Below, one piece after another: positions 49,871-60,638 of a DNA stretch of 64,000 nucleotides. The DNA comes from Podarcis muralis (lineage: Eukaryota): contig NC_135664.1 of the NCBI RefSeq assembly GCF_964188315.1, forward strand, positions 35,712,001-35,776,000. Direction: 5' to 3'. The first letter of the stretch is position 1; every line of letters begins with the position of its first letter. The notes beneath the pieces are model-generated. The model saw only the letters and a list, made by a program, of their open reading frames with translations, did not search any database and was not told the DNA's origin. The translations under genes and the position numbers were made by a program.

Positions 49871-51084
49871 TATTGGTAAAGGAACTCTAGAAAGGCTTTT
49901 TAGAGCCATGTGGTCTGAGCTTGGAGCAGCCAGCTCAGATCTCACATGTTAAGCTAGAATAAATTTTATTACCTTCCTCCCAAATTGAGGGGGAGTGACC
50001 TAGCTAAGCCTGGCAGGACAACTTACACTATGGCATTAACCCCTTCATTAATTAGACCCAAGAATGCTGGTTATATGAGGCTGGTTATCTTACAGAATAT
50101 CCCCTCTAAAACCCACAAAGCATGAGGGAGGGGGGAATGTTTGCACGATTTTGTGTTCTTGCTTCATTTTTCTGATCTTTTAGATGTGGCAGCCATTGTG
50201 TGTTACATTACACTCCACAGCTACTATTTCATTTTATGACCCCCACTCATGCAGCTGCCATTTTGTGTTATGTCATACACCCCACAACAGCCACTTGTAC
50301 GTGTATCTCAAATGTGTTCACTGGCCCCAAAAGGTTGCCAACCCAATTTTACCAGATTTTGGAGAAGAGTCTTCACCAGCCCTACTGGAGATGCCAGTGA
50401 GTTAATTTGGGGGCTTTGGCATGCAAAGTATGTAAAGAGAATGTGGCATTATATGCAGAAAATAACACTATGGCATAGCTGGCCTGTGTTTATATGTAGT
50501 TCTGAGAAGTGACTGAAAATTTTCAGTATTACACTTTGGGAAATAACACTCCCAAATGTTTTAATTTGATTATGTAAATGTACAGGGCATAGTTAGTTGA
50601 AACTGCAGGAAAACATAAGCCTACAGGAAAATGGTGGACAATCTGTAATTGGCTTTAAAGAGTTGCTTTCAAATTAAAAGTCAATTTAAAAAGCATAATG
50701 AAAATGTTCATCTCAACTGTTGCCAGTTGCTCTATCTCCTATGAGTATACTAAATGAGTGCTAATATTCACAGACAATGTCAGACTGCAGTCTCAATCCA
50801 CTAACAGGGGCAGGTCAGTGCACCCAGCACTTGTGGGGAAATTGGGGACGAAACCAACATATATGTGCCTGTCTCTACTCCCTCCTCCCCACAAACACGT
50901 GTGCTTTTAAATGCATGAAGAGGGTTTCCACTGACTACTGCTGTTGTTACTGGTCATGTAATGAAAGCATCCGACTGTACTTTTATAATTGCATTGCCAT
51001 TTGACCCTATTGCTTACCTTTCTCCCCATACTGCAATAGGTATATATCACTGAAAACTGAAGATAATACTTTGTGCACCTAGTG

Positions 51085-51150
51085 CAGTGGACTCTATTCC
51101 ATGAAAGCTCCTGCTATAATAAATTTTCTTTAAGCTTACAGGTGGCACAT
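51085..51150 (+). mobile_element. Highly decayed Penelope-like terminal remnant
   Basis: agtggactctattccatgaaagctcctgctataataaattttc...aggtggcaca resembles 13970-14100. Confidence 0.4.
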
Positions 51151-52281
51151 GGGCAAAATGCATACTTTTGAACATTAGAGGTTGGGGAAGAAGCGGGAGA
51201 ACTGGATGAGCAGCCCTTAAGGCCGGAAACGTCTTGGAAGGCTGGCTGAAGGCAGGCTGGGAGAGAGGCACAGAGATGTCTGGGAATCCAATGCTGGGGT
51301 GGCTGTGAAGGATGGGCTCCTCCTGAGATGTGAATACTATGAAATCTCTCTCCACTGAAAGCTTCTGGTGTAAATATCTGTAAATAAATAATATTTCAAA
51401 GACACTGCAGACTCTGCTGTGCCTCATTTTCCCCAAAGGAACACAGACCCTGGTTGAGTACCAAACCCTTTGGAATCTCATGCACTGCTTGGCAGAGATT
51501 GGGGTGGCCAGCAACAGCTTTATATAAATCATAGCTGTTACATTGGCCATCCAGATCCCCATTGGTTGATATTTCCTTCACTCGGGGATGAGGGGTGGGA
51601 AGTATTCACACTATCCATCCCATATGTGCTATGTTGTTTACTGTCCTATAACCGGCCTTTCTTCAGCCTAGTGCCCTGACCATTGGCCATGATGGCTGAA
51701 GCTGATGGGAGTTGTCATTATACTATAACTCCCATAAGCATTAGCCACAATGGCCAATGCTCAGAGATAATGGGAGCTATAGTCCACAGCATTTAGAAGG
51801 AACCAGGTTGGGGAAGGTGCTATAGCTGAGCAGGCTAATTCTTCTGCTCTAGTACCATGCAATTTCAAAACAAACTCATATAAAGTTGTTGTTATTTTAA
51901 GCTGGAATTTTAAAACAGGTGCCTTCCCTTTACTGAACCCTGTGGTTTATTCCTGTAGGGCTAATCATAAGTGTACCTTCAAGTAGAATTCCAAATACAG
52001 CTTCCACCTTGAAGACGGTGATCATTGCATTACTTATAGCTGAATTGGTCTAAGGAGGCTCAGGTTCTCCCTGTTGCTAATTAAAAATAGGTCTCATCAA
52101 TAGTGCTGAAAAGGCACAAACATTGTGTTGAACTCTGAAGACTTCATGGATTTTAGAGTACTTAATTCATTATTCAACTGCATTATTGCTCTACTCATTT
52201 CTCAAGAGGAAAACAAATTAAAATTAAAGGCCCATTTGTGTGTATTGAACATATTGTTATGTGCCCCCCATCTTTGAGCAA

Positions 52282-53444
52282 TGTAAGATTCGAGGGGTTC
52301 CAGGCGATTGCCCAGGGTTCGTGTTTCCTTCAGAAATTAGGCACAGCAGAGCCTGTGGTGTCTTTATGAGATGTGGTTTTATTTGCACAACCTGCAACAA
52401 GATGGAGGGACTGCAGAGCATTCCCATCCTATGAAGGTCTGGCTTCCCCCTTAAGGGCAGCATTGGATTCAAAGGACAGCAAAAAGCCACCTTCTGCATC
52501 TGTTAGTTACAGCCTGTTATCCCCCTCTCACATGGAGTTCTGCCCCTCCTCCTCCTCCTCTCTGTAACCAACTCCAAGGACCTCTCCCACCCCAACGTCA
52601 TTCATAGTTGAAGCTCTACACATGGCCTTGGCCTCTGCCTACAAGCACCCAGCAAAGAAGGGGCTACACTCCCCCTTGCCTGGCAGTCTTGCCCTCTGAT
52701 GGTTTCCTTGATGGGCTTTCATTGGTCTTTGTCCCCTGCTAATGGCCCATTAAAAAAGTAGAGACATCACCTTGCCAACAAAGGTCCGTATAGTAAAAGC
52801 TATGGTTTTCCCAGTAGTGATGTATGGAAGTGAGAGCTGGACCATAAAGAAGGCTGATCGCCGAAGAATTGATGCTTTTGAATATGGTGCTGGAGGAGAC
52901 TCTTGAGAGTCCCATGGACTGCAAGAAGATCAAACCTATTCATTCTTAAGGAAATCAGCCCCGAGTGCTCACTGGAAGGACAGATCCTGAAGCTGAGGCT
53001 CCAATACTCTGGCCACCTCATGAGAAGAGAAGACACCCTGGAAAAGACCCTGATGCTGAGAAAGATGGAGGGCACAAGGAGAAGGGGATGACAGAGGACG
53101 AGATGGTTGGATGGTGCTCTCGAAGCTACCAGCATGAGTTTGACCAAACTGCAGGAGGCAGTGGAGGACAGAAGTGCCTGGCATTGCTCTGGTCTATGGG
53201 GTCATGAAGAGTCGGACATGACTAAACGACTAAACAACAACAACAACAATAGCCCATCCAGCTAGTTCTCTGCTGAGCTGTTATGGCTCATTAGCATGAC
53301 TAAATCTAGGGGGGGGGGGGTTCTGTGTTTGGCAAAGTTTAATCAAATCTTATTTAATTCTAACTTTTATTAAACCCTGGAATTATGGGGAGAATCTGGC
53401 ACCCAGAAATTTAGGGGAATCTGGCCACCCACAAACCCATAACA
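52282..53444. mobile_element. Solo-LTR-like repeat (TG...CA) interrupted by BovB
   Basis: Starts tgtaagattcgagggg, ends ccataaca; 5' part paralogous to 53857-54000 (gtgtttcc(t)tcagaaattaggcaca...gtctttatga). No TSD seen. Confidence 0.5.
52751..53247 (+). mobile_element. RTE-BovB LINE 3' fragment
   Basis: DITLPTKVRIVKAMVFPVVMYGSESWTIKKA...RRIDAFE and LKLRLQYSGHLMRREDTLEKTLML...; (CAA)n tail; TSD aatggcccat (52741-52750) / aatagcccat (53248-53257). Confidence 0.95.
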
Positions 53445-53856
53445 ATATTAAAAAAAGGCAGGTAAACTAGCTAGAGCTGCAGAAATGTCACAGGACTGTG
53501 CAGATATAGTGTTTTCTTTTATTGCACACAAGATTCTATGTTTGGGTTCTCCAATATGGTACCCATCTTGGTGCCTGCTGAGGTTCCAACACCTCTCACA
53601 TTTTTAAAAAAGTAATTTGTGTCTTTGATTGGTTTTTACCTTGGGTGGTGGCTGAGCTGGACAGAAAGTCAACTGTAGGCCTCCCTTTTCCCAGAATGCC
53701 CCTGTCTATGTGCATTGCCTCTTTGTTTTGTGATTAGGCAGGTGCGAAAGGTAATCTTGGCCTGTCTCAATCTTATGTAAATATATAGCCTGCCTTAAGC
53801 TTTCTCTTTATTGTTAGTTAATAGGGTTATGGGCCACCCCAATCTCTTCCAAGTGG

Positions 53857-54260
53857 TGCGAGATTCTAGGGGTCTTGGCACTCAACGAGGGTTGTGTTTC
53901 CTCAGAAATTAGGCACAATGGAGACTGCAGTCTTTATGAAATATGGTTTAGTTACACAACTGAGTCTACTGCAGTGAGAGTTCAGAGCTTTCACAACTCA
54001 AGAGGGGCTTGCTTCCTGCAGGAGCGTAGCACTGGACCTCAGGGCAGCCAATATGCCACCCATTTCCATGTTTCTGTCCCAGCTTGCCTCAACCAGCCCA
54101 GACCCCATGCCAAACACAACTGCCCCTTCTGTTTACATCATTGCCCACTGCCACCCTCGCAAACTCCATTTCCCAAGCCTCTTGCAAAATGACACTTGTT
54201 CCTATTGTTTACCTCAGGCAAACTGTAGTCCTACACCAAAGCTACTGACCTTTTGTTTTC
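53857..54260. mobile_element. Second LTR-like repeat, related to 52282-53444
   Basis: tgcgagattctagggg...gtgtttcctcagaaattaggcacaatggagactgcagtctttatgaaatatggttt; right boundary approximate. Confidence 0.45.
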
Positions 54261-54327
54261 TGACTAAAACCAGAGCCCAATAAGGCTTCATCTATTTTGT
54301 TGTCTCACATTGAATCTCTCAATGGCC

Positions 54328-54448
54328 AAGTGCTATTTTTCTAGAAAAAGAGGTGCCAAACTCACCCATGTTCTCATATAATGGCAAAGGTGCCAACCTG
54401 AGAGATGCTGGAACTGAGTTCCGGCGAGTTCCGGCTGGAAAGACCCTG
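54328..54448. mobile_element. hAT-type MITE, same family as 27737-27858
   Basis: gtgctatttttctagaaaaagaggtgcc...gagttccggctggaaagaccctg; TSD degenerate. Confidence 0.8.
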
Positions 54449-54559
54449 TGATGGTCCAATCTGCTTTCCTTTTGTTAGGCTGATCACTCAAGCATGAGGT
54501 GATTACCTCATGAAAAAGCTACCTGGTGTTGTTAGCACAAACATAGGTTTAAGTGTTTG

Positions 54560-54687
54560 TAGGGCTGCCATACATCCAATTTTTCCCAGACTTTACCAGG
54601 ATTTCAAAGGCAGAATTTATGTCCTTAAAAAAGCTCAACAACCTTAGGGATGTCCTGGTTTTTACTTTTTGAAATATGGCAACCCTA
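54560..54687. mobile_element. 128-bp hAT-type MITE, TAGGGYTGCCA-ended
   Basis: TAGGGCTGCCATA / TATGGCAACCCTA; TSD agtgtttg (54552-54559) / agtgcttg (54688-54695), 7/8 match. Confidence 0.85.
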
Positions 54688-55463
54688 AGTGCTTGGCACC
54701 GTTTTAAAATCAAACCTTGATTATTTCTTGCTTTTACTCAATCCAAGAATTATGGGAAGTCTTACATCCCCCAAACTAATAACAATACGTATCTTACTGT
54801 CCCTTTAAGTAAAGACCAAGTAGAACTCTGGGAAAAGAAGGGAAATGTGGACTTCTGGTGCAGCTGAAAAGAAATTCTAGGACTGCTGAGTCAAGTTTCA
54901 GGCCTCTGTTAGACTGCAGGAATAGTTCAGTCAGAGAATAAAGTTAATTAATTATTTGCATCTTCCTTGTTGGGAGTGTAAAATAGGCTTCCCATGGCAG
55001 CCATTTTGTGGTGGGGTCCATGATAGCTTCTCGGATTTCCAAAAGCACTCTTGTGCCCCAAACAGTTGAGAACAACTTAATGGGACTTGTTTTTAAGTAG
55101 ATATATAAAAATTGCATTGTCGGTGTCCTAGGGGCTAGTTGGTGAATGTGACGTAAGATTATGTATGTAACATCGTTTATTCTGCATTTCGAAAATGAAA
55201 TATTTCTCAACAAATTTCTTGTAGGAATTTGGAAGATACATCTGGAAGAAAGTCTGATATAGGCATTTATATTCCACTTTTTGTATGGTTTCAATTAACT
55301 ACTTTATAGCCAGGAACTATTTATTTGGACCTGAGCAATGAAGAAGAAACTGCCCCGTTGGAGTTTGAGGCACATATATGGCTGTGCTTCATTTTCTTTT
55401 CATTTTTTGTCTTTCTGCAATTATTCATAGCTTTGTCCCTGCATTGTTCTATTCTTTATAGAG

Positions 55464-55591
55464 CAGGGATGGGGAATCTGTGCGCCTCCAGATGTTGCAG
55501 CTCCCACCACCCTTGATTGCAGTCTATGCTGGCTCAAACTGATGAGATTTGGATACCAGCAACATCTGGAAGACCAGATTCCCCACCCCTG
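55464..55591. mobile_element. 128-bp hAT (Charlie-like) MITE
   Basis: CAGGGATGGGGAATCT / AGATTCCCCACCCCTG; TSD ttatagag (55456-55463) / ttacagag (55592-55599). Confidence 0.85.
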
Positions 55592-56371
55592 TTACAGAGC
55601 AAAGGAAGACCTCACAAAGTTTACATTTGCTTCTAAATAAGGGAAGAAATTATGGAAATTCTCTATTTCTTTCTCTCCCCCGACGTGCTGCTTTGCATTT
55701 TATTGTACTAATCTATTCATCAAACATTTCACATCTTGCTGTGCAATAAACTCTGCCAGAAACAGAACAATCAGCAAGATGTTAGATTGTTGCATGAGAA
55801 TGATAAGAATTTTAGCATTTCTCAACATTTCAACAATGCCTGCTGCTAGGGTGGCGGAGGAGAAATGATCAGAATTCTGATAATAGTAATAAGCAAAGCT
55901 ACTATAGATTGTTTTTAAAAACAACAACAAAGTAATTCATGCCCTAGATTTTAGGAAGATTTTCTTCACAGGTGTTTCACCGGGCAATCCTGTTTCAATT
56001 CCTTTTAATACCCTCAGCAATAATGTTGTGGCTTTTTGATAAAATACTTGCACTATGGTGTGGCATCTCTGATTAATGTGGGCGTCTGTCTTAAATAAGA
56101 ATGACTTGTTTCAGATTTGCTTTCTTGTTTTCATCATCTATAATAGTCTCATTGCACCTTAAATGGAAGAAAAGGTCATCTTGTGTCCCGAACGGTTATT
56201 ATGCAAGGATTTCTAATGGCATTTCTAAGACTTATATCATTTCCCCCTCTGTGATATGGTGGGTGGCAAGCCAACAATTCTCTATTTTTCATTTGCCCAC
56301 ACTGTGTTTTCTATTCATTCTGTCATTCAAGTCCCAAGTTGCAAGGTGGTTAGATTGGTCAAAACTAGGGC

Positions 56372-56925
56372 CAGAGCCTTTTCAGTACTGGCCCCGACTT
56401 GTTAGAATGCTCTGTCACAAGAGACATGGGCCCTGTGGGACTTGACATCTTTCCGCAGGGCCTGCAAGATGGAGCTGTTCCGCCTGGCCTTTGGTTTGGA
56501 CTCAGTCTGACCCTTATGTTTTTCCTCCCCTTGTGGTTTTGATCTATGGGCTACTTTTAAAATGAGGCTGCATTTTAAATGGCATTTTAACCTGTATTTT
56601 AAATTGGTCCCCCCCCCCCATTATGTTTTTATTGTAATTTTACTGGTGTTAGCCACCCTGAGCCCGGCTCTGGCTGGGGAGGGTGGGGCAGTGGCGTAGC
56701 GTGGGGGGTGCAGGGGGGGCCGGCTGCACCGGGCGCAACATCTGGGGTTAGGGCAAATCCACAGGTTAGGGGGCGCAAATCCACGGGTTAGGGGGCGCAA
56801 ATCCACGGGTTAGGGGGCGCAAATTACTTGCCTTGCCCCGGGTGCTGACAACCCATGCTACGCCACTGGGGTGGGGTATAAATAAAACTATTATTATTGT
56901 TGTTGTTGTTGTTGTTGTTATTATT
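56372..56925 (+). mobile_element. L2 LINE 3' end split by a hAT MITE
   Basis: RAFSVLAPT...FRRACKMELFRLAFG; 3' UTR gttagccaccctgagccc...gggtgggg[insert]tataaataaaac with (TAT/TGT)n tail. Confidence 0.85.
56689..56868. mobile_element. hAT-type MITE (CAGTGGCGTAGC family) with a 22-bp internal tandem repeat
   Basis: Perfect 12-bp TIR CAGTGGCGTAGC / GCTACGCCACTG; perfect TSD gggtgggg at 56681-56688 and 56869-56876; about 3 copies of aaatccacgggttagggggcgc. Confidence 0.93.
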
Positions 56926-56927
56926 AT

Positions 56928-57827
56928 CCAAAAAATCAAAGTGCTGCACCAACAAGTAAAAAATAACCCCTCTGCAGTGCCACAAATCCAACTCAATGGT
57001 GTAACGTTGGAAAATGTTGATCACTTCTCCTACCTATCTTTCCACAAGGGTCAACATTGATGCTGAAATCCAGCATCGCCTGAGCTCTGCAAGTGCGGCT
57101 TTCTCCCGATTGAAGTGCAGAGTGTTTCAGGACCAGGACATTCACAGGGAAACCAAAATGCTTGTTTACAAAGCTATTGTACTACCAACCTTACTGTATG
57201 CTTGTGAAACATGGACCACTTACAAACGCCATCTCCAACTTCTCAAAAGATTCCATCAGCAGCGTCTCTAAAAAATCTTACACATCACTTGGGAAGACAG
57301 GAGAACTAATATCAGTGTACTGGATGAAGCAAAGATCACCAGTGTTGAAGCAACGATTCTTCAACATCAACTTCGTTGGACTGGTCATGTTGTGCGGATG
57401 CCTGATTATCGTCTTCCAAAGCAACTACTCTATTCTGAACTTAAAGAAAAGCGTAATGCTGGTGGTCAACAAAAGAGGTTTAAAGACTGTCTCAAGGCAA
57501 ATCTAAAAAAATGTAGTATAAACACCAACAACTGGGAAACACTGGCCTGTGAGCGCTCCAGTTGGAGAACAGCCTTTACCAAAGGTGTCATGGACTTTGA
57601 AGACACTCAAACTCAGAACGCAAGGGAGAAACATGCTAAGAGGAAGGCATGCTTGGCAAATCCACACCGTAAGCAACTCCCGCCCGGGAACCAATGTCCC
57701 CACTGTGGAAGGATGTGTTGATCCAGAATTGGCCTCCACAGTCACTTACGGACTCATTGTTAAATCCATGTTTATGGAAGACAATCTTACTCGGCTACGA
57801 GTGATCACCAAAGAAGAAGAAGAAGAT
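56928..57827 (+). mobile_element. 5'-truncated RTE-clade (non-BovB) LINE
   Basis: IDAEIQHRLSSASAAFSRLKCRVF...TKMLVYKAIVLPTLLYACETW...RMPDYRLPKQLLYSEL...QKRFKDCLKANLK...CPHCGRMC*SRIGLHSHLRTH; (GAA)n tail; several frameshifts. Confidence 0.92.
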
Positions 57828-58136
57828 TGATCGAAACATAACTCACAAACTTGGGCTACAGTTGTGCTGCAATGTTAACTGAAGTATAAATAATATGCCC
57901 TCCTTCCCCAACATATTAATTAGTCTCATTAATTTATTACTTCAGAGAGCTCCTAGCTTTGCTAGTCAGATGATGGATTGCATCAAGGGTCATATTTATT
58001 CAGAGCCAAAGGCAAGACATGCAATGAATGGCACTGAAGTGTCCATGTGATGAAATTTTGAATCAGGAATATGCAGGGAGCGATACTGTTGTTAGAAGTA
58101 TGTGACAAGTTAGTCAAGGATGTTTCATTCTCTTTT

Positions 58137-59560
58137 TTTTTTTTAACGTAATTTTTATTGGTTTGCATAATAAAAAAATACAGAACATAAAGGTTACTTC
58201 TCATATTCACAAATTATTTGATACGACTTCCTTCAACCTTTCCATAAATCATCCGTGATGTCCTTGTAAAACTTCGCATTTCTTAGATTGTATTGTCATT
58301 AACCATCCTAATTCTTCTCTTTCTCTCTGACAGTACCCTTTTTTTCCCTTTTACAGAGCTCTTTTAAAACCCACTAGCGTTATCTGTCCTTCACTCAAGT
58401 TTTCCAGATAATTCGTAAAGTTTTCCCACTCCTCAATGAACCTCTGATCTTTAGAGTATCTTATTTTCCCTGTCATCTTATCCATCTCCGCGTAGTCTAA
58501 CAGTTTTGCTCTCCATTCTTCGATTGTCGGCAAGTTCTCGGATTTCCAATTTTGAGCTATTAAGATTCTTGCAGCCGATGTTGCATATTGAAAGAACCTA
58601 TGATCTTTCTTTCTTATCTCCCTCCCTATCAATCCCAACAGGAACGCCTCAGGTTTTTTAACGAAAGTATATCTTAGGATTTTTTTCAATTCGTTGTACA
58701 CCCCCTCCCAGAACTCTTTGACTTTTTGGCACTCCCACCACATGTGATAGAAGGACCCTTCCCTTTCTCTACACTTCCAACATTTATTGCAGATCCCATA
58801 CATTTTAGCTAATTTTACAGGGGTTAAGTACCAGCGGTAGAACATTTTCATTAAATTCTCTTTTAGTGTCACACAGGCTGTAAACTTAAGGTGTATTTTC
58901 CAAAGCTTCTCCCACTCTTCAGCATATATGTTATGGCCAATGTCTCTCGCCCAGTGAATCGCTACTGACTTTACTTCTTCATCTATTAGATTCCAGCCTA
59001 ACAACAGGTTGTACATTTTAGATAGAATTCTATGATTGTTGTTCAATATTTCGGTCTGGAATCTAGAGTCTTTGTCGGCATATCCTTTGTCTGTAATATC
59101 TTTTCTAAGCATTCCGTTTAACTGAAAGTAATGCAACCAGTCATGAACTTTCCCCTTAATCTGATCATACGGCTTTAGTTTCCATTTCCCTTCTTCTTTC
59201 GTTAACAGTTGCTCGTATGTAGGCCAGTTATCTCCCCTGTTTATTTTACTAACACTCATCGCTTCTAGTGGCGATAGCCAATGGGGTGTTTTAGGTTCTA
59301 ACACCTCTCTGTTCCTCTCCCACACCTCAATCAGTGGACCTCTAAAAATATGATTTCCAAAACCCCTGTGTACTTTCCTCTTCCCATACCATAGATAGGC
59401 GTGCCACCCAAACCTAATATTAAATCCCTCTAAGTCTAACACCTCCCTATCTTCCAATTTGATCCAAGTTCTAATCCAGCATAGGCAAGCTGCTTCGAAG
59501 TATAATTTTAGATCAGGTAGGGCGAAGCCCCCCCTTTCCTTCACGTCTGTCAAGTTATTG
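58137..59560 (-). mobile_element. Young 5'-truncated L1-clade LINE
   Basis: Poly(A) tail (T run ~58133-58144) with minus-strand AATAAA; TSD aaggatgtttcattctctttt at 58116-58136 and 59561-59581; intact ORF. Confidence 0.95.
58351..59553 (-). CDS. TE-encoded partial ORF2 (post-RT region plus Cys-rich zinc-knuckle domain) of the L1-clade insert; not a host gene
   Basis: 400 open codons, cut at the 5' truncation point. Contains GGFALPDLKLYFEAA and the CX2CX8HX4C motif CWKCREREGSFYHMWWEC. Confidence 0.9.
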   Translation of the reverse strand: MTDVKERGGFALPDLKLYFEAACLCWIRTWIKLEDREVLDLEGFNIRFGWHAYLWYGKRKVHRGFGNHIFRGPLIEVWERNREVLEPKTPHWLSPLEAMSVSKINRGDNWPTYEQLLTKEEGKWKLKPYDQIKGKVHDWLHYFQLNGMLRKDITDKGYADKDSRFQTEILNNNHRILSKMYNLLLGWNLIDEEVKSVAIHWARDIGHNIYAEEWEKLWKIHLKFTACVTLKENLMKMFYRWYLTPVKLAKMYGICNKCWKCREREGSFYHMWWECQKVKEFWEGVYNELKKILRYTFVKKPEAFLLGLIGREIRKKDHRFFQYATSAARILIAQNWKSENLPTIEEWRAKLLDYAEMDKMTGKIRYSKDQRFIEEWENFTNYLENLSEGQITLVGFKRAL

Positions 59561-60273
59561 AAGGATGTTTCATTCTCTTTTGTTATGGCAAATTATGGTT
59601 GTTGTTGTTTTAAAAAAACCACAATGTCCAACATTTTATAATAGCTAGAATAAAATAAAAGCAAACATATAGGTTTGTGGTAGAACCATATTTCCAGAAA
59701 AGAGATGACGTTAGAAGGGATAGAAGAGGTTCTTTTATGGAAATGATGCTTGGAAATGTGGAGAACATCCACAAGGAAGTCTGACTCCAAGATTTAAGAA
59801 TTAACTCCTTTTTGGCAGTACTCTGGTCAGGGAACATTGGATGGTTGGAGGATTGCTCTTGTGTTGTGCTACATGAGATCAAGATGAACAGAGTTCATCA
59901 AAATGTTCCTTCTGCAATCTTGGTCACATATTTCATTGTAAAAAATAGCAAGGAGGTTTACAAAATAAAACAATTAGAATAACAGTGAATGGTCTGGTCT
60001 ATACATTGTCTGCGTATTTCTTCTCCCTGGTCTCCTGTCTTTCCTATGCTAACTTTTATAGCCGGCTCATGAACCTGTTTTGTTTCATGCTCATCAAACC
60101 TCCCTGCTCTTCAAAGTGTCAAGGGATCTGCTCTTATGTAATTTTAAACAGATTAAATAGTACATTTCAGCACGACATCTATCCTATACCAGTCAGTCAT
60201 AGTCTTATCTTTGCTAGAGACCCCTTTAGCAAGCACATTTTCCTCCTTAAAAAAACAACCACAAAAAACTATA

Positions 60274-60638
60274 AAGGTAAAAGGTAAAGGTACCCCTGCC
60301 CATACGGGCCAGTCTTGACAGACTCTAGGGTTGTGCGCCCATCTCACTCTATAGGCCGGGGGCCAGCGCTGTCCGCAGACACTTCCGGGTCACGTGGCCA
60401 GCGTGACAAAGCTGCATCTGGCGAGCCAGAGCAGCACACGGAAACGCCGTTTACCTTCCCGCTAGTAAGCGGTCCCTATTTATCTACTTGCACCCAGGGG
60501 TGCTTTCGAACTGCTAGGTTGGCAGGCGCTGGGACCGAACAACAGGAGCGCACCCCGCCGCGGGGATTCGAACCGCCAACCTTTCGATCGGCAAGTCCTA
60601 GGCGCTGAGGCTTTAACCCACAGCGCCACCCGCGTCCC
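60274..60638 (-). mobile_element. Full-length young Sauria SINE (Squam1)
   Basis: Minus-strand head GGGACGCGGGTGGCGCTGTGG, intact B box GGTTCGAATCC (60564-60574), ACCTTT tail; 15-bp TSD ccacaaaaaactata at 60259-60273 and 60639-60653. Confidence 0.96.

Noticed and set aside
51047-51562. 171-aa minus-strand ORF
   Set aside because: No recognisable motif; overlaps a decayed Penelope remnant; treated as chance.
56746-56822. TTAGGG motifs suggesting interstitial telomere
   Set aside because: Single hexamers embedded in a 22-bp MITE unit, not a (TTAGGG)n array.
58351-59553. 400-aa ORF as a domesticated host gene
   Set aside because: 5'-truncated with no true start, and bounded by a TSD and polyA; openness is explained by young age.
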